Source of the DNA: Trichomonas gallinae
Lineage: Eukaryota
Direction: 5' to 3'
NCBI GenBank assembly: GCA_008369845.1
Contig: MRSU01003238.1
Location: 1-38,885 of the forward strand
DNA: 38,885 nucleotides
Below the pieces are notes generated by a model. The model had not been told where the DNA came from, ran no database searches, and was given only the letters and a program-made list of their open reading frames with translations. The translations under genes were made by a program, and so were the position numbers. This document shows positions 21,537 to 31,655 of this stretch, in pieces (position 1 is the stretch's first letter; every line of letters begins with the position of its first letter).

Positions 21537-22004
21537 TTATAATGAAATCGAGGATTCCTGCATGCTATAAATGTTGTTTTGCTGTAGAAACTGTGGCATT
21601 GTGCTAACAATATCGTCAAACATCTTAGAGAAACCGGTGCGTCCACCGAAATATGGATCGTGAATTCCATGAGGCGGTGCGTATAATACTACTTGACCTT
21701 TGGCGTTCTGTGGTCTCATTTGGAGCAATGTATTGTAGATAGCTTTATCGAGGGCAACAATGTAATCGAATAAGACCCAATCGTCGGCTCTAATTTGTCT
21801 AGCCCTATGGTTTGAGATATCTACATTATGTTTTAAGCAGACTGCTTGGGTTCTTTCATCCGGGCTCTCGTTTCTGTGATGAGCTGAAATGGCGGCAGAA
21901 TCAGCAACGATAGCACCATTAGTAAGCTTCTGGCAGATGGCCTCGCACGCCGGAGACCTGCAGATATTGCCGGTGCAGACGAATAATACTGATGGCTGTG
22001 ACAT
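21537..22004 (-). CDS. Low-molecular-weight protein tyrosine phosphatase
   Basis: VLFVCTGNICRSP P-loop, DSAA, HRARQI, FDYIVALD, DPY general-acid loop. Confidence 0.97.
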   Translation of the reverse strand: MSQPSVLFVCTGNICRSPACEAICQKLTNGAIVADSAAISAHHRNESPDERTQAVCLKHNVDISNHRARQIRADDWVLFDYIVALDKAIYNTLLQMRPQNAKGQVVLYAPPHGIHDPYFGGRTGFSKMFDDIVSTMPQFLQQNNIYSMQESSISL

Positions 22005-23068
22005 TTAATCAAATGACCAGTTAAACAATCAAAAAAAAAAATTCAAAACGAAAAACAAATGTATTTATTACTAAATAGTATTCCGAAATCTACATAAATG
22101 AACAAAAAATTTGAATAGAAAATTCGTGTCACTTTTCTTAACCTCACAAAATTTAATTTTAAAAACAGCTATATATTAAATATATATTGATTTTTTGATG
22201 TTAGCCACTTTTCAAAGCATTGAATTTTTGAAAAATAAATTTTTTGAGTTTTCAATATTATTCAATTCTATTGTGATATCCATGCATACAATACACATTC
22301 GAGCAAAGTTATCCAAAAATCATCATAATAACATCACTGAATTCAATGCATTTTGATTGTTCACAACTGATTCGTATTCAAAAAAATATCTATTATTAAT
22401 CTATAACATACATCAATATTATCATTATTTTTGTACTGTTTTTGAATTGAATATAATATTATTCTATATATTAAATAAATTCATTTTTTACTTTAAAATA
22501 AAAATATAACCTTATTGTTAAAAAAATTGAATAACATGAGCAGCTTTTTTGACAGAAAAAAAAATGGACCAAACCTTTTATTTTTTTAGTAATTTTTGAT
22601 TGTAGTAGATTAATTTAATGTAATATTATTGTATAATTTGATTAATTAAATAACAATGTAAATTTCTGAAAATAGATTCAGAGAAAGAATAAATTATAAG
22701 TAAACTACGATCATTCTCAATTCAAAATATCAGAAATGAAAATAATCATATATTATATTATTAAAACTATGCAACACTTTTTAGACACAACTGCGCCCGT
22801 ATAATGTTATTTGTATTTGAATTGAAAATAATCGTTTGTATGATAATTTTGCTAAAGATATAGTTTTTTTTTAAATTAGCACTTATATGAGATATACGCA
22901 TCATTCTGTATTAATTATCAGCAAAGTGACACGACACATAAATCTGGGAGGGTGGCTACCGATATTAGATGTCATTTTCAGATACTTTCTGTCATGTAAA
23001 TTATTTACTCGGCATTTCTATTCAAATTGTTTCAAGATGAGAGCATTGCAAAAATTAGATCTGGATTA

Positions 23069-23436
23069 TCATATCCTCTGTGAATTTGTATCAATATTTT
23101 GTGATTTGTTATATTTGGAAAATAAAGACCCAAATATGTTTGCTATAGATTCGAAGATATCAAAGTGGAGGCATTTTGCCATGGTTTTGATAAAGTTGAC
23201 AAACATTTGAGAATCAAATTTGTCATCTTCGCCAAAGTCAGTATACATATGGCCAATAGCCCTATATCTATCTGAAACATTGTATTTAGACTGGATTTCT
23301 TTGAGAATATATAAGGAATCGTCGACTTCCAGAACAAACATACAGACAGCGTGTCCTGGTCAAGATCATCTAAGAGTGTGTTGTTTTCTATCATTGTTGG
23401 TATGTTTAGAGCAACGCTAGCATGATCAAATGTCAT
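23069..23436 (-). pseudogene. Frameshifted, truncated gene fragment resembling the N-terminal region of trichomonad ankyrin-repeat family proteins
   Basis: ATG 23436 frame (MTFDHASVALNIPTMIENNTLLDDLDQDTL) hands over near 23345 to another frame (FVLEVDDSLYILKEIQSKY...FVNFIKTMAKCLHF), then stops. The family assignment is from recall of similar proteins only. Confidence 0.5.
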
Positions 23437-23652
23437 GAAAGATTTTTCTGCGAAATAAGAAATGTTGGCATAATTATTTTAAAAAAATGCCACATAAAAA
23501 TTTTGTAAAATTGTAATTTTGACTGCAATACGGGCGCGGAAGCACACAAAAATGTCCAAAATCTAATACTAGATATGTAGTATTATTATTTTCATTTTGA
23601 ATATCATTGAAATTTAAATGGAAAATAATCGTATGCCCGGTAATTAACGTAT

Positions 23653-23885
23653 ATTTGACATGTTAGATTGTAAAAAAAAAATCGTGTATTTAACATGTAT
23701 AAACTTATAAATTCGTAAATCTGTCATATAAAAATTTGTAAAGTCTAAAAATTTGACATATTAAATACTTTGTAAATTGATAAATTTGTCGTGTAAAATG
23801 TTTGTGAATTAATGGATTTGTCGAATCATAATTTTAAAGTCCCAATTATGACATGTAAAGTAGTCATTTTTTCTAATCATGTAAA
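23653..23885 (+). repeat. Degenerate tandem array (about 32 bp period, 8 units) built on ATYTGWCRTGTAAA
   Basis: Unit starts at 23653, 23688, 23719, 23751, 23784, 23816, 23846, 23872. Confidence 0.8.
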
Positions 23886-24128
23886 AAAATGGATGAATTC
23901 ACTTTATCGGAACAAACAAGAATATTATCGGACATGGCTCATGATTCCGATGTGCTCAATTTCATTTTCGAAATAAAATTCGCGGGCAAATTGATTTTTT
24001 GCTAAATATGGACTATGTGTCGTATGGTTATTATATATCCAGAGAAAAACTAGAAAAAGACCATTATAACGTATAATTTTTTCAAAAAAACGTTTTTTTG
24101 TGAAGAAAAAAAAATTAAATCTCAAAAA

Positions 24129-24824
24129 ATGAAGCCGCGCGCTTTCGTTGACATGAGACCTTCCATGCTCAAAAATCCTCTCCTTTCACGCCACAAGGTC
24201 GGACGTGCCCCACCGTCTACCCACGATCTTCCTCCAGAGGATTTTAGGTATGGTATCCGCTCAAAGTTCAGCGATGGTGTCAGGGAAATGTTCCAGAACT
24301 GGGAAAAGGTTGAGAATCCTGTGGCACCAAACCAGAAAACCAGCCGTAGGTCTACTGATTTTAGACCTTCTAATGATTACATCGCGACAAACCGCGCCGC
24401 CATCCGCCACGGATGCAGGACTGCCAAGGAATTCCGTGAATTCCAGCAAAACCATCCAATTCTCAAGAAACCGGAGAACTCTGATGGCGCAATGGAATCT
24501 AAGGGCGAATTCCACACGAGAGTTATCAACATGGTCCACGGTATTCCGACACCGGTCACATCTGAGATGAAGGAATGTCTTACATGGAAGTTTGGAAGAG
24601 ATGCGAAGGAGGCAGCATTAGCTAGACAGACAATGCAGGCTTCATTGAGATCAACAATGACTTCATCGTCACGCAGGACAACAATGGCACGTGCTTCACG
24701 CCCAACAAGAGCTTCTGTCGGACATACAAAAGTAGCTTACAAGCCACCAAGAGAATCAGACACATTCAAGATGAAGCAGTTCACTGATATTGACCACTAC
24801 GCTATTGTTGACTACTGGGATTAA
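24129..24824 (+). CDS. CFAP77: CFAP77/FAP77-like (DUF4483) flagellar microtubule-inner protein
   Basis: NPLL..VGRA..HDLPPEDFRYG, GVREMFQNW, DYIATNRAAIRHGCRTAKEFREF, HGIPTP and FKMKQF match recalled CFAP77 blocks in order. Confidence 0.75.
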   Translation: MKPRAFVDMRPSMLKNPLLSRHKVGRAPPSTHDLPPEDFRYGIRSKFSDGVREMFQNWEKVENPVAPNQKTSRRSTDFRPSNDYIATNRAAIRHGCRTAKEFREFQQNHPILKKPENSDGAMESKGEFHTRVINMVHGIPTPVTSEMKECLTWKFGRDAKEAALARQTMQASLRSTMTSSSRRTTMARASRPTRASVGHTKVAYKPPRESDTFKMKQFTDIDHYAIVDYWD

Positions 24825-25185
24825 ATTTCTTTCATTCATGTAAAATTGAAGTGTATTAGCTGTTTTTCTTTTAAATATATATAATCCAGATGATAACATC
24901 TCAAATAAATTGAAATATAGCCTCGATTGTCTATATTAATATATCAAAAAGAAAATATGCATATTTGAGATATTTCTATAATGAAAACAATCTTTCTGTA
25001 AGATAGGAATACTATTTTTAATGATGTTTATCCTATATAATCAATAATCAAAGATATATTTAAATATCTTTAGAAACAATAAGCTCAATCGATTATACAA
25101 TATAAAACTAAGATAATTAAACGATTAAAATCCGAAAATATTTATAATTGGGTTTGGAGTCTCCCCCTGTTTTATCAAAAAATAT

Positions 25186-25656
25186 ATGAGTCAGCGTCCT
25201 AACCAAAGATACCAGCATAAGTACAACAATAACAACAATAACCCGCATAACCAGAACAGGCAGAAGCAGAACTTCGGCAGGCAAGCTTCCGTTCCACAGA
25301 TTGTTTTAAATACCATCGATGTTAGAGATCAAATTCCTCCGTTTAAAGCAGAGGATTACGCAGGATTTAAAGATGTCTTGCTTACCGCTTCATTGCCTGG
25401 CGATTATAACCACGATGATGCTAATAAGCAACAAAATGCGATAGAAAGGACATTTGCGCAAAATCAAAGAGTTATAACTTCTCTATTATATGTTGCTCAA
25501 GCATTTTCGGATGCTACTGATTCAATTTCTCAGCCTCCAAATCTTTCGCCTGTTTATCTTGATATTGAGAGGGCAAATATGGATCTACAAGTATCTACTA
25601 GCGGATATGACATGCTACATAATGCAATTCATGAAATTGTTAGTTCTGAACAATAA
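25186..25656 (+). CDS. Hypothetical protein with N/Q-rich N-terminus
   Basis: ATG ORF preceded by TCAAAAA; YNNNNNNPHNQNRQKQN tract; stop in TAAA. Confidence 0.8.
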   Translation: MSQRPNQRYQHKYNNNNNNPHNQNRQKQNFGRQASVPQIVLNTIDVRDQIPPFKAEDYAGFKDVLLTASLPGDYNHDDANKQQNAIERTFAQNQRVITSLLYVAQAFSDATDSISQPPNLSPVYLDIERANMDLQVSTSGYDMLHNAIHEIVSSEQ

Positions 25657-26201
25657 ATTTTAAGGTTCAGATTATTGTATATTGTATATCAATGCATATC
25701 TAATAGGTGATACTGGCGTGAGCATTTAAGATTTTAGATTGTATGAATATTATTTAAATAATTTTGTTTGTTATAAAATTATCGTATCACAACATTTTTA
25801 GCTATGGTTAATGAACTTTGGAACGAAATAAATGCAAATGATAAATATGCTCAGCAATTCATCATAGAAATATTCATTTAATTGATCATAATTCCCGTCA
25901 GAGCAAAAACAGCGGGCGAGATATTTGCCATTAAATTCATCCCTTGGGCAGAGGCCTTGTATTATAATATTATAAATCAAGAAAAATAGAATATTTGTGT
26001 GTATAGGGAAAGAGCATTTAATAAATAAAAAAATTTAAAAATTAGAGAAATCGCAAATTCTCAAAAATTTGTCGATTAATGTTTGATTTTTAATTTGCAA
26101 ATCGATTTTATTATAGATATTTAGAATATTGATTTATTGTGGACAGAAAACTTTGAATTTTTCACCGGTTGATACTCGTAAGATTTATATTCTTTTTACA
26201 G

Positions 26202-27227
26202 ATGAAATCTGTTGTATTGTATGGACTTGGAATTCCGCTTGGTGCTCTTGCCTCTATCATGGCTATACTTAAGACAACACTTTCCAGGACAGCAACTCAT
26301 TATATCGACATTGTTGAAAAACGCGATGATGATTTTAGCACAAAAACGCTGAAAATCCTCGATTACAACGCCTTCTGGAGGCCACACCTCTTGCATATGG
26401 GCAGAGAAGAGTACATGCGCAGGAGATCTCAGTTACTTCTTGAAAAAATTCAAGATTATGATGTTGTTTGCTTAGAAGAAGGATTCCAGTTCGGATCTGA
26501 TATCGCAAAGAACTTCATCGAAGCTGCAAAATCACTTGGGTTCAAATATACATTAACAGCAAAGAATCCACCACTTTTATCTCGCCAAGTTATCGACAGT
26601 GGTCTCATGATTATATCAAAGTTCCCGATACTTGAAGCCGATAGCATCAGATACACAGCTGGATGCGGAGTAGATTCATTTGCCGCAAAAGGATCCATTT
26701 ACGCTAAAATACAGATCGACAATAAACACCACGTCCATCTTTTCTCAACCCACTTGCAGGCTTCCTACCAAAACGGAAAAGATCCAACAGTTGTTGATGT
26801 AAAGGTCCGCCAGGCTCAATTTGACCAGTTAAGTGCATTCATGAAGACAAAGGCCACCGATCATTACCCAGTTGTCGTAGTCGGCGACTTGAATGTAAAT
26901 TCAAGATATGGCGACGAATATAACAGTCTTCTTGAGCACTTCACCATCCCAGAATACGACTGCGTTGATACTTTACTCAAAACTTACGGCGAACATCCAA
27001 TCACATTTGGTCCACTTGTCAATGGAAAGGTTTATGACACTGTTTTGGCAGAGCCATACGATCAGGGCACAACGCAGTCCATTGATTACATCTACTTGTT
27101 CTCACACAAAAATTCACCAATTAAGGTTGACTACAAGCCAAAAGTTAACGAGATGTTTGTTCAAAACGAGAAATTTGTTCAGCTTTCTGACCACTACGCT
27201 GTTGAATGTGAATTTACATTTAATTAA
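26202..27227 (+). CDS. Endonuclease/exonuclease/phosphatase family, neutral sphingomyelinase/Isc1-like phospholipase C, N-terminally anchored
   Basis: DYN, VVCLEE, DSGLMIISKFPI, DSFAAKG P-loop-like motif, THLQA, GDLN, IDYI, SDHYAV; hydrophobic N-terminus; first ATG 26202. Confidence 0.88.
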   Translation: MKSVVLYGLGIPLGALASIMAILKTTLSRTATHYIDIVEKRDDDFSTKTLKILDYNAFWRPHLLHMGREEYMRRRSQLLLEKIQDYDVVCLEEGFQFGSDIAKNFIEAAKSLGFKYTLTAKNPPLLSRQVIDSGLMIISKFPILEADSIRYTAGCGVDSFAAKGSIYAKIQIDNKHHVHLFSTHLQASYQNGKDPTVVDVKVRQAQFDQLSAFMKTKATDHYPVVVVGDLNVNSRYGDEYNSLLEHFTIPEYDCVDTLLKTYGEHPITFGPLVNGKVYDTVLAEPYDQGTTQSIDYIYLFSHKNSPIKVDYKPKVNEMFVQNEKFVQLSDHYAVECEFTFN

Positions 27228-27623
27228 AAATTTATTTCTTGAAACAATAAGAACCAATACATATATATGCTAAGACAATTGATACATTTACCTAAAAAGT
27301 TTGGTAAAATTTTTAAAAAATTATTGTTTCCCTACTACTTCAAGTGAATTTGTTAGACTGGATAATAGATTAACAACAAACATGTTAAGGCAAAAATTAA
27401 TATGGATAAAATTACCAATATGTTATATGAAGTAAACTATATAATTCTGGAAATTTTTAGAGATAATATTCATTTTTAAAAATACAAAAATTGAATTCTA
27501 AAAATTTTAAAATTAATCGTAATAAAGCTGTTGATACAATGATTTTTAAAGCAAAAAATTGTTTTTGAAAATTTTCAATGACAGACGATTATTTAAAAAT
27601 TTCCAGCAAATTTTTTCATTTTA

Positions 27624-28208
27624 ATGACAAAACTGCAAAAAGTTGTAACTATTGGTCCACCAGGCATTGGAAAAACATGCTTGATACAGGCAATATGCGA
27701 AAGAAGGTTTACAGAGATATCACAGCCAACACAAGGCACTGATATTTATACAGCAGCAAGAACAATTCAGAGTGGCCAAATAGTAACGAATACATATTGG
27801 GATACTGCTGGACAAGAAAAATTTGCCTCAGTAACGCAAGCTTACCTAAGAGACGCACAAGTTGTATTACTTGTAGTTTCACCTCTCGACTTATCAGTAT
27901 TACCAAAATATTACAAACAAGTCACAGATGTACTTAAATCACGCACTTATCATTTAATTGTAGTATTTTCAAAAATGGATATTGTTCTTTTAACAGAAGA
28001 ACAGCGTGAAGCGGCTTTAAACGAAGTTAAGGGATATAATCCAAAAGATATTCTTTTTACATCTTCAAAAACTTTATTTAATATTGACAAATTAGATTTA
28101 ATAATTAGTTCGTGTGCTTTGGAAGATCCAAACCCACAAGAAGATGTGAAATCACAAAGAGTCAATATTTACCAAGTTATAACCAATAAGAACCTAGAAT
28201 GTTGTTAA
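27624..28208 (+). CDS. Divergent Rab-family small GTPase
   Basis: GPPGIGKT, PTQG, WDTAGQE, YLRDA, SKMD, TSSK, C-terminal CC; Inr TCATTT at 27616. Confidence 0.92.
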   Translation: MTKLQKVVTIGPPGIGKTCLIQAICERRFTEISQPTQGTDIYTAARTIQSGQIVTNTYWDTAGQEKFASVTQAYLRDAQVVLLVVSPLDLSVLPKYYKQVTDVLKSRTYHLIVVFSKMDIVLLTEEQREAALNEVKGYNPKDILFTSSKTLFNIDKLDLIISSCALEDPNPQEDVKSQRVNIYQVITNKNLECC

Positions 28209-28486
28209 AAATATTGAAAAGATTAGTAAAACATAAATTGTACTGGCTAAAAGCTCTATTTCAAGAATAATATTAATTAAAAAATGATATTGAAGTCTAT
28301 AGAACTAAATGATGATATAGAAAATGTGTATATATTGCATTTCAACTCATCCTTGTTTCTAAATACAAGTTTGAAATTTCATGATATAAAAATTTAGCAA
28401 AAAAACATGGCAATTCCAATTAATTATATAATAAATCAATGAATATCTTCATATCTGTTGAATATAGACTCATAATTAATAACATT

Positions 28487-29392
28487 TCATTTCTTCAAAA
28501 ATTTTGGTAGAGGAACTGCCTTTGATTCATGATTATCATGGATAACATAAGCTGCTCTATTTCCTGAGCCAGAATAATTCTCATTACTAAAGACTGTTAT
28601 TAATGAATCATCTCCAAAAATTTTTTCGAAGCCTTCTGGGACCATCTCATGAGATCTAATGATTTGCTTGAGGTTATTCTTTTCCAAGAACTTGTCAACT
28701 GCCTTCTTTCCATATAAGAAAGTCTCTCCGCGCGGACTTTGAGTGAAATCATCATCAATAACTGCGGGGTCACTCCAAGTCAAATCCATGAACGCGCCCT
28801 GCTCCGGGATCTCGCAAAATCTGTCTATACCATATATATCAGAGATGCTATTTATATATGGTGACAGTCCACCATGCACGCAAAAAACTTCGTCATTTAA
28901 AATCGCTGCAATTGGAATCTTGTCAAAAGTGTCAACAAAATGATCATAAATTCTTTTGTTCATCTTCGATCTGCATTCTGCCATAAACCCATGCTTCAAC
29001 GTCGTGACTCTGCTCTCGTGATTACCACGAAGAAGAACGAACTGCTGCGGATACAAAATTTTTAGCGAAAAAAGAAGAGCGATGACTTCGATGGAGTTTT
29101 TTCCTCTGTCTACATAATCCCCAAGGAATATATAAGTCTTATCTTTGATGGCAAATGTCTCTTTAAGTATTCTTATCAAATCATCAACCTGGCCATGCAA
29201 ATCTCCAACAATGATGGCTTTGCCTGTCACTTTTACAACATTTGGTTCTTCCTGGAATATCTCTGAGGCTGTCTCGCAAAGCCACCTGCAGAACGCGCTG
29301 TTGATCTTCAGCTGCATGCACTTCGCGGCATTTGGATTATTAATCAGGTTTACCAGGTCTTTGCAAATGCTTATATTTGAGTCATAAGACAT
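28487..29392 (-). CDS. PPP-family Ser/Thr protein phosphatase (PP1-like)
   Basis: GDLHGQ, GDYVDRG, LRGNHE, HGGLSP, WSDP, RG, RSHE, TVFS; first ATG 29392. Confidence 0.95.
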   Translation of the reverse strand: MSYDSNISICKDLVNLINNPNAAKCMQLKINSAFCRWLCETASEIFQEEPNVVKVTGKAIIVGDLHGQVDDLIRILKETFAIKDKTYIFLGDYVDRGKNSIEVIALLFSLKILYPQQFVLLRGNHESRVTTLKHGFMAECRSKMNKRIYDHFVDTFDKIPIAAILNDEVFCVHGGLSPYINSISDIYGIDRFCEIPEQGAFMDLTWSDPAVIDDDFTQSPRGETFLYGKKAVDKFLEKNNLKQIIRSHEMVPEGFEKIFGDDSLITVFSNENYSGSGNRAAYVIHDNHESKAVPLPKFLKK

Positions 29393-29864
29393 TTGAAAAG
29401 TGTCAATAATAACCTTATTAGGCAATATAAACAAAGGAACAAAAACATGTCATCAATATACAATACTAGTGGAAATATGACATTTTGCATAGTTTATTCA
29501 TGCAAAAATTTAATATTTAGAAAAAAATAATATCATATATCGTGTGAATTCTATGGAGGAAGTAGATTAATACTGTTCTAAATGGAAAAATTATAATCCC
29601 AGCATCAAAAGATTGAATTTTGCATATTTCGAAATTGATAAAAAATAATTCAAAAACTGGGGTAGGCAATGATTAATTTCATTATTTGACATCATTTATG
29701 GAAGATTATTGATATTACACAAAGATAATCATCAAGATTAAATTTGGAAAATTGAACTCATCATTTTCAAGAACATTCACTGCTTCAAATCAAACACTTA
29801 TCGAAATATACTTGTTCAACCAAATAAAAAATAATAAAATTAAAAAAAACAGGCAATATTAAAT

Positions 29865-31655
29865 TTAATCGAGGCAAGCCCATACAAATACAAACATTAG
29901 GTTAGTGTTGGTGTAGAAGCAGTTTGATGTGCATCTAGCTTTGTAAGCTTCAGGAGAAAGATATGTGAAATAATGGATGATTTGGTTGGATTCACTTTCG
30001 TATTGGTCAACAGCATAGATGCTTAAAACGTGAGGCCCATAATAAATGTTAGACATTCCAACCCTTCCGTTGAAGTCATTCCACGATGCATTGGTGAAAG
30101 AGTGGCACTGATGGTATGAAATAATTGACGAATCTATAGACGTAACCAAACATGCTCTTGAATTTGGATCCAAGTCTCTTATTGATGCATAAATATTGAA
30201 TATTGTTCCTGGGTAGGAATAATACGAAATATTCTTATGCAGGTAAATATCAGGAGACCTGTTCGAAACGACTTCATATTCATAAGAGATAATGTTTGAA
30301 TTAACGCCTAAAGAATCAGTTGCGAAAATGGATACATTGTGTTTTGTTCCAATTTCATAGTTCGGTACCGTGAAATTAAGCTTTGTTCGGATTAGCTTAT
30401 ACATTGATGCTATTGTTATATTGCTATACACCTGTTCTTCGTCTTTAATCACTAAATATACTGAATAATCATCAAAAACATTAATATCAATATAAGACTC
30501 ATCTCCCGGGTAGAATTTTGTCTTCAGCATTCCGAGAGTATGAATCTGAGGGGATCTGTTAATGAAAAGTGGTAAAACTAATTTCGTTGTTGTCCCAGCT
30601 TTGTTAGAGACAGAATAAACAACTTCATATCTGCCGGGCTTGCGAGGGAGCAGAAATCTGTCTGTGAAGTTGTATTCTTGACCATAATCTTCGCGCTCAA
30701 CTATAGTTGTGGTTTCGCCTCTGAATTTTCGGTTTACGGCAGCGTATTCATTTACACCTAATGATGGCAACATGAAATCTAAGGTAATGTTGGTGAAAGT
30801 GTCATAAGAGTCTTGCAGCCGTGTTTTGAGGGTGAGTGCGTATCCAAGTATTGTGATTCTCACTGCACCATGGCCACTGTTTCCTGTGGTTTCTGCGTCG
30901 AGCGAGTACTGTGATGGCATTGGAAGATTTCCTGCTATGTTTTTTGGTTCAGAAAGAGCTTTATTATTAACAAATGAACTTCCTCCTGCACCTGCTGCTC
31001 CACTAGAACTTCCAGCAGCTCCGCCAAAGTACCCACCTCCGCCTCCGGAAGCCCAGCCACCATCTTTGGCGCTGCCTCCGAAATATTGACCACCACTTGC
31101 AGCCGGTTGATCCTTGGTGGTCCCTCCATGAGTTTGCGTTCCACCAAAGGCTTGTGATGAACTATAAGCGAATTCTCCTGCCTGGCCCTCTAATCCTCCA
31201 CCAAACCCACCAGAGACGAGTTTATGGTTATAACCATAACCATATCCTGACCCACCGCCACCAGCGGCAAAAATAATTCCAGTGCTGTTTGTTGGCGAGT
31301 TAACGGCGATGAAACTCATCCCACCTCCAGAGGTTTGGTAGTAGTTAGAATGTTGGCCAAAACCTTGGCCTCCTTGGCCATAAGTTGTTCGGGTATATTT
31401 CCCATCTTCTCCAGGGAAGCCTTTTTCGCCAGGAAATATATAGAGGGTTGTGCGCTCTGTAATAGTGAGTATACCGCTGGCATAGCCACCTTTGCCGCCT
31501 TCAATGGCTTTGGGAGAGGTGAGGTTTCCGCCTTGTGCACCCCAGCACTCGAGCTTGTATCTTCCTGGGTTTGCATCATACCGAAAAGGCTGGCAGTTAT
31601 AAGGATCGGAGCAGCTATAGCGGTAAACAAAGACATTGGGAGCAACTTTTTCCAT
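29865..31655 (-). CDS. Glycine-rich (ALK/LTK-like) surface protein with three Ig-like beta domains and a C-terminal hydrophobic tail
   Basis: PGRYKLECWGAQGG, GGKGGY, AAGGGGSG, GGGGGYFGG, GHGAVRIT; repeats NRSPQI/NRSPDI and HNVSIFATD/HVLSIYAVD; ends LMFVFVWACLD. Confidence 0.88.
   Translation of the reverse strand: MEKVAPNVFVYRYSCSDPYNCQPFRYDANPGRYKLECWGAQGGNLTSPKAIEGGKGGYASGILTITERTTLYIFPGEKGFPGEDGKYTRTTYGQGGQGFGQHSNYYQTSGGGMSFIAVNSPTNSTGIIFAAGGGGSGYGYGYNHKLVSGGFGGGLEGQAGEFAYSSSQAFGGTQTHGGTTKDQPAASGGQYFGGSAKDGGWASGGGGGYFGGAAGSSSGAAGAGGSSFVNNKALSEPKNIAGNLPMPSQYSLDAETTGNSGHGAVRITILGYALTLKTRLQDSYDTFTNITLDFMLPSLGVNEYAAVNRKFRGETTTIVEREDYGQEYNFTDRFLLPRKPGRYEVVYSVSNKAGTTTKLVLPLFINRSPQIHTLGMLKTKFYPGDESYIDINVFDDYSVYLVIKDEEQVYSNITIASMYKLIRTKLNFTVPNYEIGTKHNVSIFATDSLGVNSNIISYEYEVVSNRSPDIYLHKNISYYSYPGTIFNIYASIRDLDPNSRACLVTSIDSSIISYHQCHSFTNASWNDFNGRVGMSNIYYGPHVLSIYAVDQYESESNQIIHYFTYLSPEAYKARCTSNCFYTNTNLMFVFVWACLD

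Noticed and set aside
23338..23343. GTATGT 5' splice site (minus strand) at the pseudogene frameshift
   Set aside because: No downstream ACTAACACACAG-type branch/3' site was found, so an intron does not repair the frame.
23653..23885. CRISPR-like repeat-spacer array
   Set aside because: Units are degenerate, linkers resemble each other (TTTGTAAA), the period is too short, there are no cas genes and the host is eukaryotic.
26178..26201. 24-nt GTAAG...TTTTTACAG intron-like segment just before ATG 26202
   Set aside because: It lacks the CTAAC branch motif of trichomonad introns, and splicing is not needed for the ORF.
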